Notes under the pieces: model-generated
Told to the model about the DNA's origin: nothing
The model's database searches: none
What the model saw: the letters and a program-made list of their open reading frames with translations, nothing else
Shown here: positions 25,957 to 35,299 of the stretch, piece after piece
Numbering within the stretch: position 1 is the stretch's first letter
Layout of the letters: each line of letters begins with the position of its first letter
Program-made: the position numbers and the translations under genes
From: Candidatus Nanopelagicales bacterium
GTDB taxonomy: Bacteria > Actinomycetota > Actinomycetes > Prado026
DNA: 43,153 nt
Assembly: GCA_036802895.1 (NCBI GenBank)
Contig: DAIRVJ010000001.1
Location: 13,363-56,515, forward strand
Direction of reading: 5' to 3'

Positions 25957-26825
25957 GGCAGTGACTCCTCTTCCTCGCTGACCGGGAGGGCGGACCGCTC
26001 GACGTCGGTCTCCCGGCCGGGCCGGTGCCGCGCCGACCAGACGAGGCCCGCCAGCGCGCCGACGAGCAGGACCCCGCTGACCCACACGTTGACTCGCACC
26101 CCAAGGATCCGGTTCGCCTCGTCGATCCGCAACAGCTCCCACCACAGCCGCCCGGCCGTGTAGAGGACGACGTAGAGCAGGAACACCCGCCCGTGGCCCA
26201 TTCGGAAGCGTCGGTCGGCCCACACCAGCAGGCCGGCGGCGGCCAGGGCCCAGAGCGACTCGTAGAGGAACGTGGGGTGGAACGTCTGGAACCCCTCGTA
26301 GCCGGCGGGACGGTGCTGCGGGTCGATCTGCAGCCCCCAGGGCAGGTCGGTCGGGCGGCCGAACAGCTCCTGGTTGAACCAGTTGCCCCACCGACCCATG
26401 GCCTGGGCCACCAGCACCCCGGGCACCACCGCGTCCAGGAACGGCGGCAGGGCGATCCCCCGACGCCGGACGCCGATCCACGCGCCCACCGTGCCGAGCG
26501 CGACCGCACCCCAGATGCCGAGCCCGCCCTCCCAGATCTTCAGCGCGTCGAGCGGGTGCCCGCCGTCGCCGAAGTAGGGGGCCGGTGAGGTCAGCACGTG
26601 GTACAGCCGGCCGCCGACGATGCCGAAGGGCACCGCCCACACGGCGACGTCGCCCACGGTGCCGGGACGTCCACCGCGGGCCACCCACCGGCGATCACCG
26701 ATGAGGACGGCCGCGATGATCCCGGCGATGATGCACAGCGCGTAGGCGCGCACCGGGAAGGCGCCCAGGTGCCAGACCCCCTGCCCGGGGCTGGGGATCG
26801 AGGCCGGCAGCCTGCCGACGGGCAC
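25953..26825 (-). CDS. lgt: Prolipoprotein diacylglyceryl transferase
   Basis: 290 aa: ..IPSPGQGVWHLGAFPVRAYALCII..GGRLYHV..GGLGIWGAV..GRWGNWFNQELFG. GTG start. Confidence 0.92.
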   Translation of the reverse strand: MPVGRLPASIPSPGQGVWHLGAFPVRAYALCIIAGIIAAVLIGDRRWVARGGRPGTVGDVAVWAVPFGIVGGRLYHVLTSPAPYFGDGGHPLDALKIWEGGLGIWGAVALGTVGAWIGVRRRGIALPPFLDAVVPGVLVAQAMGRWGNWFNQELFGRPTDLPWGLQIDPQHRPAGYEGFQTFHPTFLYESLWALAAAGLLVWADRRFRMGHGRVFLLYVVLYTAGRLWWELLRIDEANRILGVRVNVWVSGVLLVGALAGLVWSARHRPGRETDVERSALPVSEEEESLP

Positions 26826-26829
26826 GCGG

Positions 26830-27591
26830 TCAGCCCGCCGCTTCGACCAGCCGGACCAGCTCCGCCTTGGCGGCGTCCCACGACCCGAGCTTGCGCAGGT
26901 TGAGCTCCTGACCCGCGACGAACACCGTCGGCGTGCCGGTGACCTGGCGGTCGCCGGCCTTGCGCTGGACCTGGGTGGCCCAGCCGTTGAAGGTGCCGTC
27001 CTTCAGGCAGGCCTCGAACTTCGTCATGTCGGGGACGCCGGCCGTCCGCCCGAAGGCCAGCAGCTGGTCGTCGGTGTACCCGGTCCCCTCCTTCTCCGGC
27101 TGGTTCTTGTAGACCTCGTCGTGGAAGGCCTGGAACCGTCCCTGGTCCTGCGCACAGCCTGAGGCGTTGGCCGCGCGCTTGGAGGCGTCGTTGCCCAGGT
27201 TGCCGTCGAGGAACGACAGCACGTGGTAGACGACCTTCGCCTTGCCGGACGAGGCCAGCTCGGTGAGCGTGGGGCCGATGGTGTCCTCGAACTGCTTGCA
27301 GGCGGGGCACTGGAAGTCCTCGTAGAGGTCGACCACCGGCTGCTCCGCCGTCCCGACGGGCACCCCGAGGTCGGCCTGGACGCCGGCCGGGCGGGCGACG
27401 CTCTCGTCGGTCGGCGTGCGCTTGGAGGCCCACACCGCGATGCCGATGCCCGCGACCAGGACGAACACCAGCCCGATCAGCCCGCCGCGCAGCAGCCGCT
27501 CGCGACGCCGCTCGGCCGCCTGCTGCTGGGCGCGCTGCTCCGCGAGCCGCTCTCGGGCCGCGCGCTTGGACTCGTGGGACGTGCCGCTCAT
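26830..27591 (-). CDS. Membrane-anchored DsbA-family thiol:disulfide oxidoreductase
   Basis: 253 aa with N-terminal TM LIGLVFVLVAGIGIAVWA, active site FQCPACKQF, and ..VTGTPTVFV. Confidence 0.85.
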   Translation of the reverse strand: MSGTSHESKRAARERLAEQRAQQQAAERRRERLLRGGLIGLVFVLVAGIGIAVWASKRTPTDESVARPAGVQADLGVPVGTAEQPVVDLYEDFQCPACKQFEDTIGPTLTELASSGKAKVVYHVLSFLDGNLGNDASKRAANASGCAQDQGRFQAFHDEVYKNQPEKEGTGYTDDQLLAFGRTAGVPDMTKFEACLKDGTFNGWATQVQRKAGDRQVTGTPTVFVAGQELNLRKLGSWDAAKAELVRLVEAAG

Positions 27592-28205
27592 GCCGGGTGC
27601 TCCTCGGTGGTCAGGTCGATCGGGGGCGGGTCGTGCGGGTCGCGGGAGTCGTGGGACTCGCGGGCGTCGTGGGAGTCGTCGAGCTCGTCGAGCAGTCCGT
27701 AGTCGTGGGTGCCGGCGACGCCGGCCCGGTCCAGCGCCAGCCGGCTGGCCGGGAACAGCACCAGCCAGGAGGCCAGGCCCAGGAACAACAGGTCGCGCAG
27801 GATCTCCGAGCTGTAGCGCCAGGTCTTGCCCTCGGCCGCGACGTCCCCGCCACCGCCGAAGCAGCCGCAGTCGATGGACAGGCCGCGCACCCAGGCGGAG
27901 GTCACGCCGGCGATGAACACGACCATCAGCGCGCCGGCGAGCCAGGCCGCCAGTCGGGTGCCGAGACCCAGCAGGAGCAGCACACCAATGGCCACCTCGA
28001 CCAGCGGCAACCCGTAGCCGACGATGTCATCGGTCGACGGGGGCAGGATCCGGTACGCCTGGACGGCTCGGACGGCGGAGTCCGGCTGGACCGCCTTGGC
28101 AGCGCCGGCGTAGACGAGGATCCCGGCCAGCCCGAGCCGAGCCGCCGTGGACAGCCACAGCTGGCGAGGGGACTCGGCGAACGCCGCCGGCACCGACACG
28201 CTCAT
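27588..28205 (-). CDS. MauE/DoxX-family redox-associated membrane protein with a His/Asp-rich C-terminal tail
   Basis: 205 aa, polytopic, motif IDCGCFGGGG. ATGA overlaps on both sides. Confidence 0.8.
   Translation of the reverse strand: MSVSVPAAFAESPRQLWLSTAARLGLAGILVYAGAAKAVQPDSAVRAVQAYRILPPSTDDIVGYGLPLVEVAIGVLLLLGLGTRLAAWLAGALMVVFIAGVTSAWVRGLSIDCGCFGGGGDVAAEGKTWRYSSEILRDLLFLGLASWLVLFPASRLALDRAGVAGTHDYGLLDELDDSHDARESHDSRDPHDPPPIDLTTEEHPA
27630..27683 (-). repeat. Three imperfect 18-nt tandem repeats encoding the His/Asp-rich tail of the MauE-like protein
   Basis: gtcgtgcgggtcgcggga / gtcgtgggactcgcgggc / gtcgtgggagtcgtcgag. They encode ..DSHDARESHDSRDPHD.. on the minus strand. Confidence 0.7.
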
Positions 28206-28906
28206 GTCCCCGAGGCTAGCCGGGCGAGGTCCTCGCGCAGGTCAGCCACCGGCGTGCCGGGGAGCCAGACCACGCTCGCGCGGCGGTCCGGGCCGAACCC
28301 GATGAGCTGGGTGCCGTGGCCCACCTCGTAGCCGCCGGGGACCTGCTCGCTGCCGGTGAGCGCGACCCCCAGGGACTCGGCGGCCTGTTCGATGACCGGG
28401 AGGGCCGCGGTCAGGCCGACGAACGTCGGGTCGAAGCGCACCAGGTAGTCGCGGATGACCGCGGGAGTGTCGCGGGCCGGGTCGACCGTCACGAACACCA
28501 GCTGCACCCGCTTGCGGGTGCCCGGGTCGAGCCTTCGCAGCGCGGCCGCGGCGTCGGCGAGGACGGTGCTGCAGACGTCCGGGCAGTGCGTGTAGCCGAA
28601 GAACAGCACGGTGACGGGGCGGGTGGTGTCCCGGTCGAGGCGGAACGGCCGCCCCTCGGTGTCGGTGAACGTCAGCGCGGGCTTGAGGAGGGGACGGTCC
28701 AGCACCGTGCCGTGGAGGGCGCCGGCGGCCCGGGTCTGCTTGATGATCACCCCGGCCGGGTTCGCCGGCGGTTCAGGGGAGGCGCAGGCCGCCAGGGCCA
28801 GCACCATCCCCGTCGCGGCCACGGGAACCCAGGCAGGGGTGACCGCTCGCCGAGCCTGCACACTCCCCCGACGAGCGGGGACGGCGTCGGCGTTCCCGCG
28901 GCTCAC
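28202..28906 (-). CDS. SCO1/SenC-family copper chaperone, predicted lipoprotein
   Basis: 234 aa. Signal peptide with lipobox LALAAC, thioredoxin-fold motif GYTHCPDVC, downstream EVGHGTQ. The GTG start overlaps the trpA stop (GTGA). Confidence 0.85.
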   Translation of the reverse strand: MSRGNADAVPARRGSVQARRAVTPAWVPVAATGMVLALAACASPEPPANPAGVIIKQTRAAGALHGTVLDRPLLKPALTFTDTEGRPFRLDRDTTRPVTVLFFGYTHCPDVCSTVLADAAAALRRLDPGTRKRVQLVFVTVDPARDTPAVIRDYLVRFDPTFVGLTAALPVIEQAAESLGVALTGSEQVPGGYEVGHGTQLIGFGPDRRASVVWLPGTPVADLREDLARLASGT

Positions 28907-29709
28907 CGGGCCGGACCGGTACGGACGCCGGTGGCCAGGGCGGCCGCCAGCTCGGCCACCGCGGCGACGCCGTCCCTCGGCGTCACGGCGTCGAGCAGCC
29001 GTCGGACGAACGCGGAGCCGACGATGACGCCGTCGGCGTAGCCCGCCACCTCGGCCGCCTGCTCGGCCGTGGACACGCCAAGGCCCACGCAGACCGGGAG
29101 GTCGGTGACCTGCCGGACTCGTTCGACGAGTACCTGGGCGGACGTGGCCACCGAGTCGCGGGCGCCCGTGACGCCCATCGTGGAGGCGGCGTACACGAAC
29201 CCCCGGGTCACCGACACGACTCGCTCGATCCGGGCCCGCGTCGAGGATGGGGCGACCAGGAACACGGGGTCGATGCCGGCCGCGTGGACCGCCTCGAGCC
29301 AGGGCGCCGCCTCGTCGGGGATCAGGTCGGGGGTGATCACCCCGGCGCCGCCGGCCGCGGCCACCCCGTCGGCAAACCGGCTCATCCCGTAGCGGTCGAT
29401 GGGATTCCAGTAGCTCATCACGACGGTCGCTGCTCCCGTCGCGGCGACCGCCTCGACCGTGGCCAGCACGTCGGCGGTCGTCGTCCCGTTGTGCAGCGCC
29501 GCCTCGACCGCGGCCTGGATGGTGGGGCCGTCCATCAGCGGGTCGGAGTAGGGCAGGCCGACCTCGACGACGTCCACCCCGGCGTCGACCATCGCCGTGA
29601 GGGCGTCGACCGCCCCGGCCACGGTGGGGTATCCGGCCGGCAGGTAGCCGACGAGCGCGGCCCGCCCCTCCGCCCGGGTGCGCGCGAAGACGTCGGCGAG
29701 CGCGCTCAC
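28903..29709 (-). CDS. trpA: Tryptophan synthase alpha chain
   Basis: 268 aa from GTG: [50 protein letters not shown] overlap with the trpB stop. Confidence 0.95.
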   Translation of the reverse strand: MSALADVFARTRAEGRAALVGYLPAGYPTVAGAVDALTAMVDAGVDVVEVGLPYSDPLMDGPTIQAAVEAALHNGTTTADVLATVEAVAATGAATVVMSYWNPIDRYGMSRFADGVAAAGGAGVITPDLIPDEAAPWLEAVHAAGIDPVFLVAPSSTRARIERVVSVTRGFVYAASTMGVTGARDSVATSAQVLVERVRQVTDLPVCVGLGVSTAEQAAEVAGYADGVIVGSAFVRRLLDAVTPRDGVAAVAELAAALATGVRTGPAR

Positions 29710-30908
29710 GCGTCGGCTGCCAGCCCGAACCAGCGGGCTGCCGTGTCGACGTCCTTGTCCCCCCGGCCGGACAGGTTGACCAGGATCGTGGCGCCCGGAC
29801 CGAGGGCGCGGCCGAGCTGCACGGTGCCGGCGACGGCGTGCGCCGACTCGATCGCCGGGATGATCCCCTCGGTGCGGCACAGCAGCCGGAAGGCGTCCAT
29901 CGCCTCGGTGTCGGTGACCGCCCGGTAGGTCACCCGACCCGTGTCGTGCAGCCAGGCGTGCTCCGGCCCGACGCCCGGGTAGTCCAGCCCCGCGCTGATC
30001 GAGTGCGACTCGATCGTCTGGCCCATGTCGTCCTGCAGCAGGTAGGACCGAGCGCCGTGCAGCACCCCCGGCGCCCCACCGGTGATCGTGGCCGCGTGCC
30101 GGCCGGAGGCCACGCCGTCGCCGCCGGCCTCGTAGCCGTGCAGCGACACCCCCGGGTCGTCGAGGAACGCGGCGAAGATCCCGATCGCGTTGGACCCGCC
30201 GCCGACGCAGGCGGTCACCGCGTCGGGCAGCCGGCCGGTCAGCTCGAGAACCTGCGCACGGGCCTCGTCGCCGATGACCCGCTGGAACTGGCGGACCATC
30301 ACCGGGAACGGGTGCGGCCCGGCGACGGTGCCGAGCAGGTAGTGGGTGCTGGCCACGTTCGTCACCCAGTCGCGCATCGCCTCGTTGATCGCGTCCTTCA
30401 GGGTGCGGCTGCCGGTGGTGACCGCGACGACCTCGGCGCCGAGCAGCCGCATCCGGGCCACGTTGAGCGCCTGCCGACGGGTGTCCTCCTCGCCCATGTA
30501 GACGACGCACCCCAGCCCCAGCAGGGCGCAGGCCGTGGCGGTCGCCACCCCGTGCTGGCCGGCACCGGTCTCGGCGATGACCCGGGTCTTGCCCATCCGC
30601 TGGGTGAGCAGCGCCTGCCCCAGCACGTTGTTGATCTTGTGGGAGCCGGTGTGGTTGAGGTCCTCGCGCTTGAGCAGCACCCGCGCGCCGCCCGCGTGCT
30701 CGCTCAGCCGGGTCGCGTCGGTGAGCGGGCTGGGCCGCCCGGCGTACGTGCGGTTGAGGTGGTCCAGCCGGGCCACGAACCCAGGGTCGGCCTGGGCGTC
30801 CTGGAAGGCGGCGTCCAGCTCGTCCAGCGCGGCGACCAGGGCCTCGGGGACGAACCGTCCCCCGTACGGGCCGAAGTGGCCGGTGGCGTCCGGCTGGGTC
30901 AGGGTCAC
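29706..30908 (-). CDS. trpB: Tryptophan synthase beta chain
   Basis: 400 aa from GTG: ..[40 protein letters not shown] overlap with the trpC stop. Confidence 0.96.
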   Translation of the reverse strand: MTLTQPDATGHFGPYGGRFVPEALVAALDELDAAFQDAQADPGFVARLDHLNRTYAGRPSPLTDATRLSEHAGGARVLLKREDLNHTGSHKINNVLGQALLTQRMGKTRVIAETGAGQHGVATATACALLGLGCVVYMGEEDTRRQALNVARMRLLGAEVVAVTTGSRTLKDAINEAMRDWVTNVASTHYLLGTVAGPHPFPVMVRQFQRVIGDEARAQVLELTGRLPDAVTACVGGGSNAIGIFAAFLDDPGVSLHGYEAGGDGVASGRHAATITGGAPGVLHGARSYLLQDDMGQTIESHSISAGLDYPGVGPEHAWLHDTGRVTYRAVTDTEAMDAFRLLCRTEGIIPAIESAHAVAGTVQLGRALGPGATILVNLSGRGDKDVDTAARWFGLAADA

Positions 30909-31720
30909 CGGTCGCGTCCGTGCCGCAGAGCCGGGTGGCTGCCGGCGTTGACCAGCTCGCTGACCATGGCCCGCGGGTCGCGGCCGGTCACCAGGGTCTC
31001 GCCCACCAGGACGGCGTCGGCGCCGGCCCGGGCGTACTCGATGAGGTCGTGGGTGTCCCGGACGCCGGACTCGGCCACCCGCACCCTGTCGGCGGGGATC
31101 AGCGGCGCCAGGCGCGGGAACACCGACCGGTCGACCTCGAGGGTGCGCAGATCCCGGGCGTTCACCCCGATGACCCGGGCCCCCGCGTCGACCGCCCGCC
31201 GGACCTCCTCCTCGTCGTGACACTCGACGAGGGGGGTCAGCCCGATGCTCACCGCCCGCTCGACGAGGGAGACCAGCGCCTCCTGGTCCAGGGCCGCGAC
31301 GATGAGCAGGGCGAGGTCCGCGCCGTGGGCTCGCGCCTCCCACAGCTGGTAGCTGCTGACGACGAAGTCCTTGCGCAGCACCGCGATGTCGACGGCCGCG
31401 CGGACGGAGTCGAGGTCGGCCAGCGAGCCACCGAAGCGACGTTGCTCGGTGAGCACGCTGATGGCGGCCGCCCCGCCCGCCTCGTAGTCGGCGGCCAGGG
31501 CGGCCGGGTCGGCGATCGGGGCGAGCTCACCCCTGGAGGGGCTGCTGCGCTTGACCTCCGCGATCACCGTCACGCCCTCGTCGCGCCGCAGGGCGGCCAC
31601 CCCGTCGCGCGCCGGTCGGCGCTGCGCCGCCCGCGCCTTGACGTCGTCCAGGGGAACGGCCTGCTGGCGCTCGGCCAGGTCCGCGCGCACGCCGGCGAGG
31701 ATGTCGTCGAGCACGGTCAC
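30905..31720 (-). CDS. trpC: Indole-3-glycerol-phosphate synthase
   Basis: 271 aa: ..[34 protein letters not shown] start. Confidence 0.95.
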   Translation of the reverse strand: MTVLDDILAGVRADLAERQQAVPLDDVKARAAQRRPARDGVAALRRDEGVTVIAEVKRSSPSRGELAPIADPAALAADYEAGGAAAISVLTEQRRFGGSLADLDSVRAAVDIAVLRKDFVVSSYQLWEARAHGADLALLIVAALDQEALVSLVERAVSIGLTPLVECHDEEEVRRAVDAGARVIGVNARDLRTLEVDRSVFPRLAPLIPADRVRVAESGVRDTHDLIEYARAGADAVLVGETLVTGRDPRAMVSELVNAGSHPALRHGRDR

Positions 31721-31883
31721 GCGTCGGCTCCCTCACTGCGGCGTCCGTGGCGGGTGGGCTCCCCCTGCTAGCCGCTCAGGGTAGCCGGGCGCCCGAGGTC
31801 CCCCCGTCGCGGGCCGACCACCCCTACGCTTCCGGCCGGGACCGGACGCCCGTCCGGCCGATGTCCGGATCCATGGAGCCGAC

Positions 31884-32387
31884 GTGACGACACCCGGAGA
31901 CCTCCCGCCGCCTGAGGGACCGCCCCCAGGCGGGTACCCCCCACCGCCCGCTCCCCCGCCACCGGGCGGGTACGGCGCACCGCCGCCACCGCCGCCCGGC
32001 GGCTACCCGCCGCCCCCGCCCCCTGGTGGGTACGGTGCACCGCCCGGAGGGTACGGCGCACCGCCGGGTGGGTACGGCGCACCGCCGCCGCCGCCCGGCT
32101 ACGGGCCACCCGGCGGGTACCCGGGCCAGCCCACCCGGACCAACCAGAAGGCGATCATCTCGCTCGTGCTGGGGGTCGTCGGGCTGTGCTTCTGCGGCAT
32201 CGTGCTGGGCGCCGGCGCGGCCTTCCTCGGCAACCAGGCGAAGAACGAGATCGCCGCGTCCGGCGGGCAGCAGACCGGCGCCGGCCTGGCGCAGGCCGGG
32301 TTCATCGTGGGCATCGTCGCCGCGGCCCTGGGCGTGGTGCAGCTGGTGCTGGTGGCCACCGGGAGGCTGAACTACTTCGGGAGGTGA
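31884..32387 (+). CDS. DUF4190-type membrane protein with a Pro/Gly/Tyr-rich N-terminal region
   Basis: 167 aa from GTG, with GGAG 6 nt upstream. ~80 aa of PPGGYGAPP-type repeats, then ..NQKAIISLVLGVVGLCFCGIVLGAGAAFLGNQAKNEI.. and a second TM. The C-terminal half has near-100% G/C at third positions. Confidence 0.8.
   Translation: MTTPGDLPPPEGPPPGGYPPPPAPPPPGGYGAPPPPPPGGYPPPPPPGGYGAPPGGYGAPPGGYGAPPPPPGYGPPGGYPGQPTRTNQKAIISLVLGVVGLCFCGIVLGAGAAFLGNQAKNEIAASGGQQTGAGLAQAGFIVGIVAAALGVVQLVLVATGRLNYFGR
32028..32090 (+). repeat. Three tandem 21-nt units (GGGTACGGYGCACCGCC core) encoding (GGYGAPP)x3
   Basis: Cores at 32028, 32049 and 32070, plus a dispersed copy at 31968. Confidence 0.75.
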
Positions 32388-32394
32388 CCGCCGC

Positions 32395-32826
32395 TCACGG
32401 CGCGAGGAACGAGCCGACCGGCAGGTTGCGCACCAGCATGAAGACGGCCAGCAGCACCAGGCCGTAGGCCAGCTGCCGGGGGGTCGGGTCGACGAACGGT
32501 CGGGCCGACCCCCTGGCCCTGGCCAGCAGCCAGGAGACCCACAGCACGGCCACCACCGGAACGGCGAGCACGACCAGGGCATTGCCGGCGAAGGCGCCTG
32601 CCAGGTCGAGGTGGGCCAGGTCGTGAGCCGCGCGCAGGCCGCCGCACAGCGGGCAGTAGACGCCGAGCACCCCGAACGTGGGGCAGACGGGATAGTGCCC
32701 CGGCTGGTGCGGGTCGACGGCCCCGACGTAGGCCCAGGCCCCGACGACGCCGGCCGCGCCGACCAGGGGGTCGCGCAGCCGCGCCGGGAGCGAGCGCGCT
32801 GCGAGCGGGGCCGTGGTCGTGGTCAC
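32395..32826 (-). CDS. DUF2752-type membrane protein
   Basis: 143 aa from GTG at 32826, 8 nt after the upstream stop. Motifs CPTFGVLGVYCPLCGGLRA, then TM helices. The start is uncertain. Confidence 0.72.
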   Translation of the reverse strand: MTTTTAPLAARSLPARLRDPLVGAAGVVGAWAYVGAVDPHQPGHYPVCPTFGVLGVYCPLCGGLRAAHDLAHLDLAGAFAGNALVVLAVPVVAVLWVSWLLARARGSARPFVDPTPRQLAYGLVLLAVFMLVRNLPVGSFLAP

Positions 32827-32834
32827 GGACCCGG

Positions 32835-33086
32835 TCAACGATCCCGCGCGGGCTGGGCGCCCATCCCCATCATCTGCATGACCTTGCCCGTGGCGGCCCC
32901 GAGCACCACCAGCACGGCCCCGACGACGAACACCCACACGGTCGAGGTGATCACACCCACGGCGCCGACGAGGAAGCCCAGCATGATGATGATGACCGCG
33001 GTCCACGCCGCGGGCGTCTGCCCGTGGTTGTCATGGTGGTCGTGGCTGGTGTCGTGCTCGCGCTGGTCGGGGGTCTGGTCGGTCAT
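32835..33086 (-). CDS. Small HGxxPAAW-motif membrane protein
   Basis: 83 aa: MTDQTPDQREHDTSHDHHDNHGQTPAAWTAVIIIMLGFLVGAVGV..VFVVGAVLVVLGAATG. RBS GAGGGAG 6 nt upstream. Confidence 0.8.
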   Translation of the reverse strand: MTDQTPDQREHDTSHDHHDNHGQTPAAWTAVIIIMLGFLVGAVGVITSTVWVFVVGAVLVVLGAATGKVMQMMGMGAQPARDR

Positions 33087-33111
33087 CGTCGCTCCCTCGC
33101 CTGGGTCGGGC

Positions 33112-33693
33112 TCATTCTGGCAGGTCGGGTCGGTCGGCCGTCGGATCCTCGCCTCGGTCGAGGGCGGCCCAGGCGTCACCGGGACGGACCGGCCGGGGCG
33201 CGGTGCCCTCGAAGCGCCGCGACAAGCCGGGCCAGGATCCTCCGCGGACGACGACGAGGGCGGCGCCCGCCACGACGAGCGCGCCACCGAGGACCGTCGC
33301 GAGCCACCACCCCGTGGGGTCCAGCAGCGGCTGCGCGGGCGCTCCCGACGCGAGCCGGGCGGCCAGCGGTCCAGCCGCCGCCGCGTCCGGGCGCAGGCCA
33401 ACACCCACGGCGGCGCCCCCCTGGCCGGCCCCGGCCACCAGCAGCAGCGTCCCGGCGGCCCGTCGGCCCACCCCTCGGGTGGCGACCACCGCCACCACGC
33501 CGGCCAGCGACACCAGGCCCAGCGCCAGGACCGCCGGCGCGAGCTGGTAGCCGGTCAGGTCGAGCCGGACGGCCGGCAGCCCTGGGTCGGCCGCGGAGGC
33601 GCGCACCCAGACCGCGCCGCCGGCGACCAGCGCCAGCCCCGAGCCGAGCCCGATCAGCCCCAAGGCGAGCGGGTACTGGCGTTGCGAGGTCAC
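33112..33693 (-). CDS. Trp-region conserved membrane protein (TIGR02234-like, M. tuberculosis Rv1610 position)
   Basis: 193 aa, polytopic, C-terminal ..[13 protein letters not shown]. The GTG start overlaps the trpE stop (GTGA). Confidence 0.8.
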   Translation of the reverse strand: MTSQRQYPLALGLIGLGSGLALVAGGAVWVRASAADPGLPAVRLDLTGYQLAPAVLALGLVSLAGVVAVVATRGVGRRAAGTLLLVAGAGQGGAAVGVGLRPDAAAAGPLAARLASGAPAQPLLDPTGWWLATVLGGALVVAGAALVVVRGGSWPGLSRRFEGTAPRPVRPGDAWAALDRGEDPTADRPDLPE

Positions 33694-35198
33694 GGCCCGT
33701 CGACCGGCCGGAACGTCGCGGCGACCGCCACCGCGCGCAGCACGGCGGCGGCCTTATTCCGGCACTCGCGGTCCTCGTAGACCGGGTCGGAGTCGGCGAC
33801 GACCCCGGCGCCGGCCTGGACGTAGGCGACGCCGTCGCGGATCAGGGCGGTCCGGATGGCGATGGCGGCGTCCAGGTCCCCCGCGAAGTCCAGGTATCCG
33901 ACGCAGCCGCCGTACAGCCCGCGGCGGGTCGGCTCGAGCTCCTCGATGATCTCCATGGCCCGCGGCTTCGGGGCGCCCGAGAGCGTGCCGGCCGGGAACG
34001 AGGCGGTGAGGACGTCGAAGGCCGTCCGGCCCGGCGCGAGCCGGCCGACCACGGTGGAGACGATGTGCATGACGTGGCTGTAGCGCTCCACGGACATGAA
34101 GTCGACGACCTCGACCGTGCCCGGCGCGCAGACCCGGCCGAGGTCGTTGCGGCCGAGGTCGACGAGCATGAGGTGCTCGGCCCGCTCCTTCTCGTCGGCC
34201 AGCAGGTCGGCCGCCAGGTCGGCGTCCTCCTCCGGCGTCGCGCCGCGCCAGCGGGTGCCCGCGATCGGGTGCAGCATGGCCCGGTCGCCGGTGACCTTGA
34301 CCAGGGCCTCGGGACTGGAGCCGACGATGTCGAACCCCTCGAAGCGCAGCAGGTACATGTACGGGCTGGGGTTGGTCACCCGCAGCACCCGGTAGACGTC
34401 CAGGGCGGAGGCCCGCGTCGGCTGCTCGAACCGCTGCGACAGGACGACCTGGAACGCCTCACCCGAGCGGATGTCCTCCTTGGCACGGCCGATCGCAGCG
34501 AGGTAGCCCTCGCGCGGCGTCCGGCTGGTCGGCGTGGGCTCGGCGGCCCAGTCCAGGACGGTCGGCGCGAGGATCGCCGGACGCGCGAGGTCGGCGGTCA
34601 TCGCGTCGAGCCGAGCCACGGCGTCGGTCCACGCCTCGTCGACCCGGTCGTCGGTGGCGTCGTAGTTGACCGCGTTGGCGATGAGCAGCACGGAGCCGTC
34701 GTCGTGGTCGAGCACCGCCAGGTCGGTGGCGAACAGCATGCCCAGCTCGGGCAGCGCCAGGTCGTCCTCGGCCAGCTCGGGGAGCCGCTCGAGCCGCCGG
34801 ACGACGTCGTAGGAGAGGTAGCCGACCATGCCCCCGGTCAGCGGCGGCAGGTCGGGCAGCCGAGGCGTGTGCAGCAGCCGGATCGTGTCGCGCAGGGCCT
34901 CCAGCGGGTCGCCGTCCAGCGGGACGCCGACCGGTGGGGTCCCCGTCCAGCGGGCCTGGCCGTCGACCTCGGTGAGCGTCGCCGCCGCGCGCACCCCGAC
35001 GAAGGAGTACCGGGACCACACCCCGCCGTGCTCGGCCGACTCCAGCAGGAACGTCCCCGGGCGGCCCTGCGCCAGCCGCTGGTAGAGCCCGACCGGGGTG
35101 TCGCCGTCGGCCAGCAGCCGGCGGGTCACCGGGACGACCCGGCGGTCTCGCGCCAGGGCGCGGAACCCGGGCAGGTCAGGGGTCACCGGCCACGACAT
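33690..35198 (-). CDS. trpE: Anthranilate synthase component I
   Basis: 502 aa from ATG at 35198: [58 protein letters not shown]. The track ORF is over-extended. Confidence 0.95.
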   Translation of the reverse strand: MSWPVTPDLPGFRALARDRRVVPVTRRLLADGDTPVGLYQRLAQGRPGTFLLESAEHGGVWSRYSFVGVRAAATLTEVDGQARWTGTPPVGVPLDGDPLEALRDTIRLLHTPRLPDLPPLTGGMVGYLSYDVVRRLERLPELAEDDLALPELGMLFATDLAVLDHDDGSVLLIANAVNYDATDDRVDEAWTDAVARLDAMTADLARPAILAPTVLDWAAEPTPTSRTPREGYLAAIGRAKEDIRSGEAFQVVLSQRFEQPTRASALDVYRVLRVTNPSPYMYLLRFEGFDIVGSSPEALVKVTGDRAMLHPIAGTRWRGATPEEDADLAADLLADEKERAEHLMLVDLGRNDLGRVCAPGTVEVVDFMSVERYSHVMHIVSTVVGRLAPGRTAFDVLTASFPAGTLSGAPKPRAMEIIEELEPTRRGLYGGCVGYLDFAGDLDAAIAIRTALIRDGVAYVQAGAGVVADSDPVYEDRECRNKAAAVLRAVAVAATFRPVDGP

Positions 35199-35299
35199 GG
35201 CGGCCAGTCTGGCACTCCGGTGCTTCCCCGATGATCGCCGGAGCGCTAGCGTCCGAGGCGTCCACAACCGCCGTGCTGCCCGCCGCCGAGGGGGAGTCC

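Noticed and set aside
31861-31887. 8-codon upstream ORF (ATG TCC GGA TCC ATG GAG CCG ACG TGA) whose stop overlaps the GTG start of the DUF4190-type gene.
   Set aside because: It is too short to distinguish from chance, has no obvious RBS, and I have no conservation evidence. I note it only as a possible coupling uORF.
31900-32132. Short tandem repeats considered as a possible CRISPR-like or VNTR array. The repeats at 27630-27683 and 35309-35548 were also considered.
   Set aside because: They are in-frame coding repeats (periods of 21 and 18 nt) for Pro/Gly/Tyr-rich or His/Asp-rich protein segments. They have no unique spacers and no cas genes nearby.
32827-33006. Longer version of the DUF2752-type ORF (203 aa, starting MDRGHHHH..).
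   Set aside because: The extension overlaps the well-supported HGxxPAAW gene in another frame and is Arg/Gly-rich. The GTG at 32826 lies just after that gene's stop, though the exact start remains uncertain.
35199-35299. Trp leader peptide or attenuator upstream of trpE. The region upstream of trpC (31721-31883) was also checked.
   Set aside because: There are no tandem Trp codons (no CCACCA on the plus strand) and no short ORF followed by alternative hairpins. The region is a divergent promoter shared with the RDD gene.
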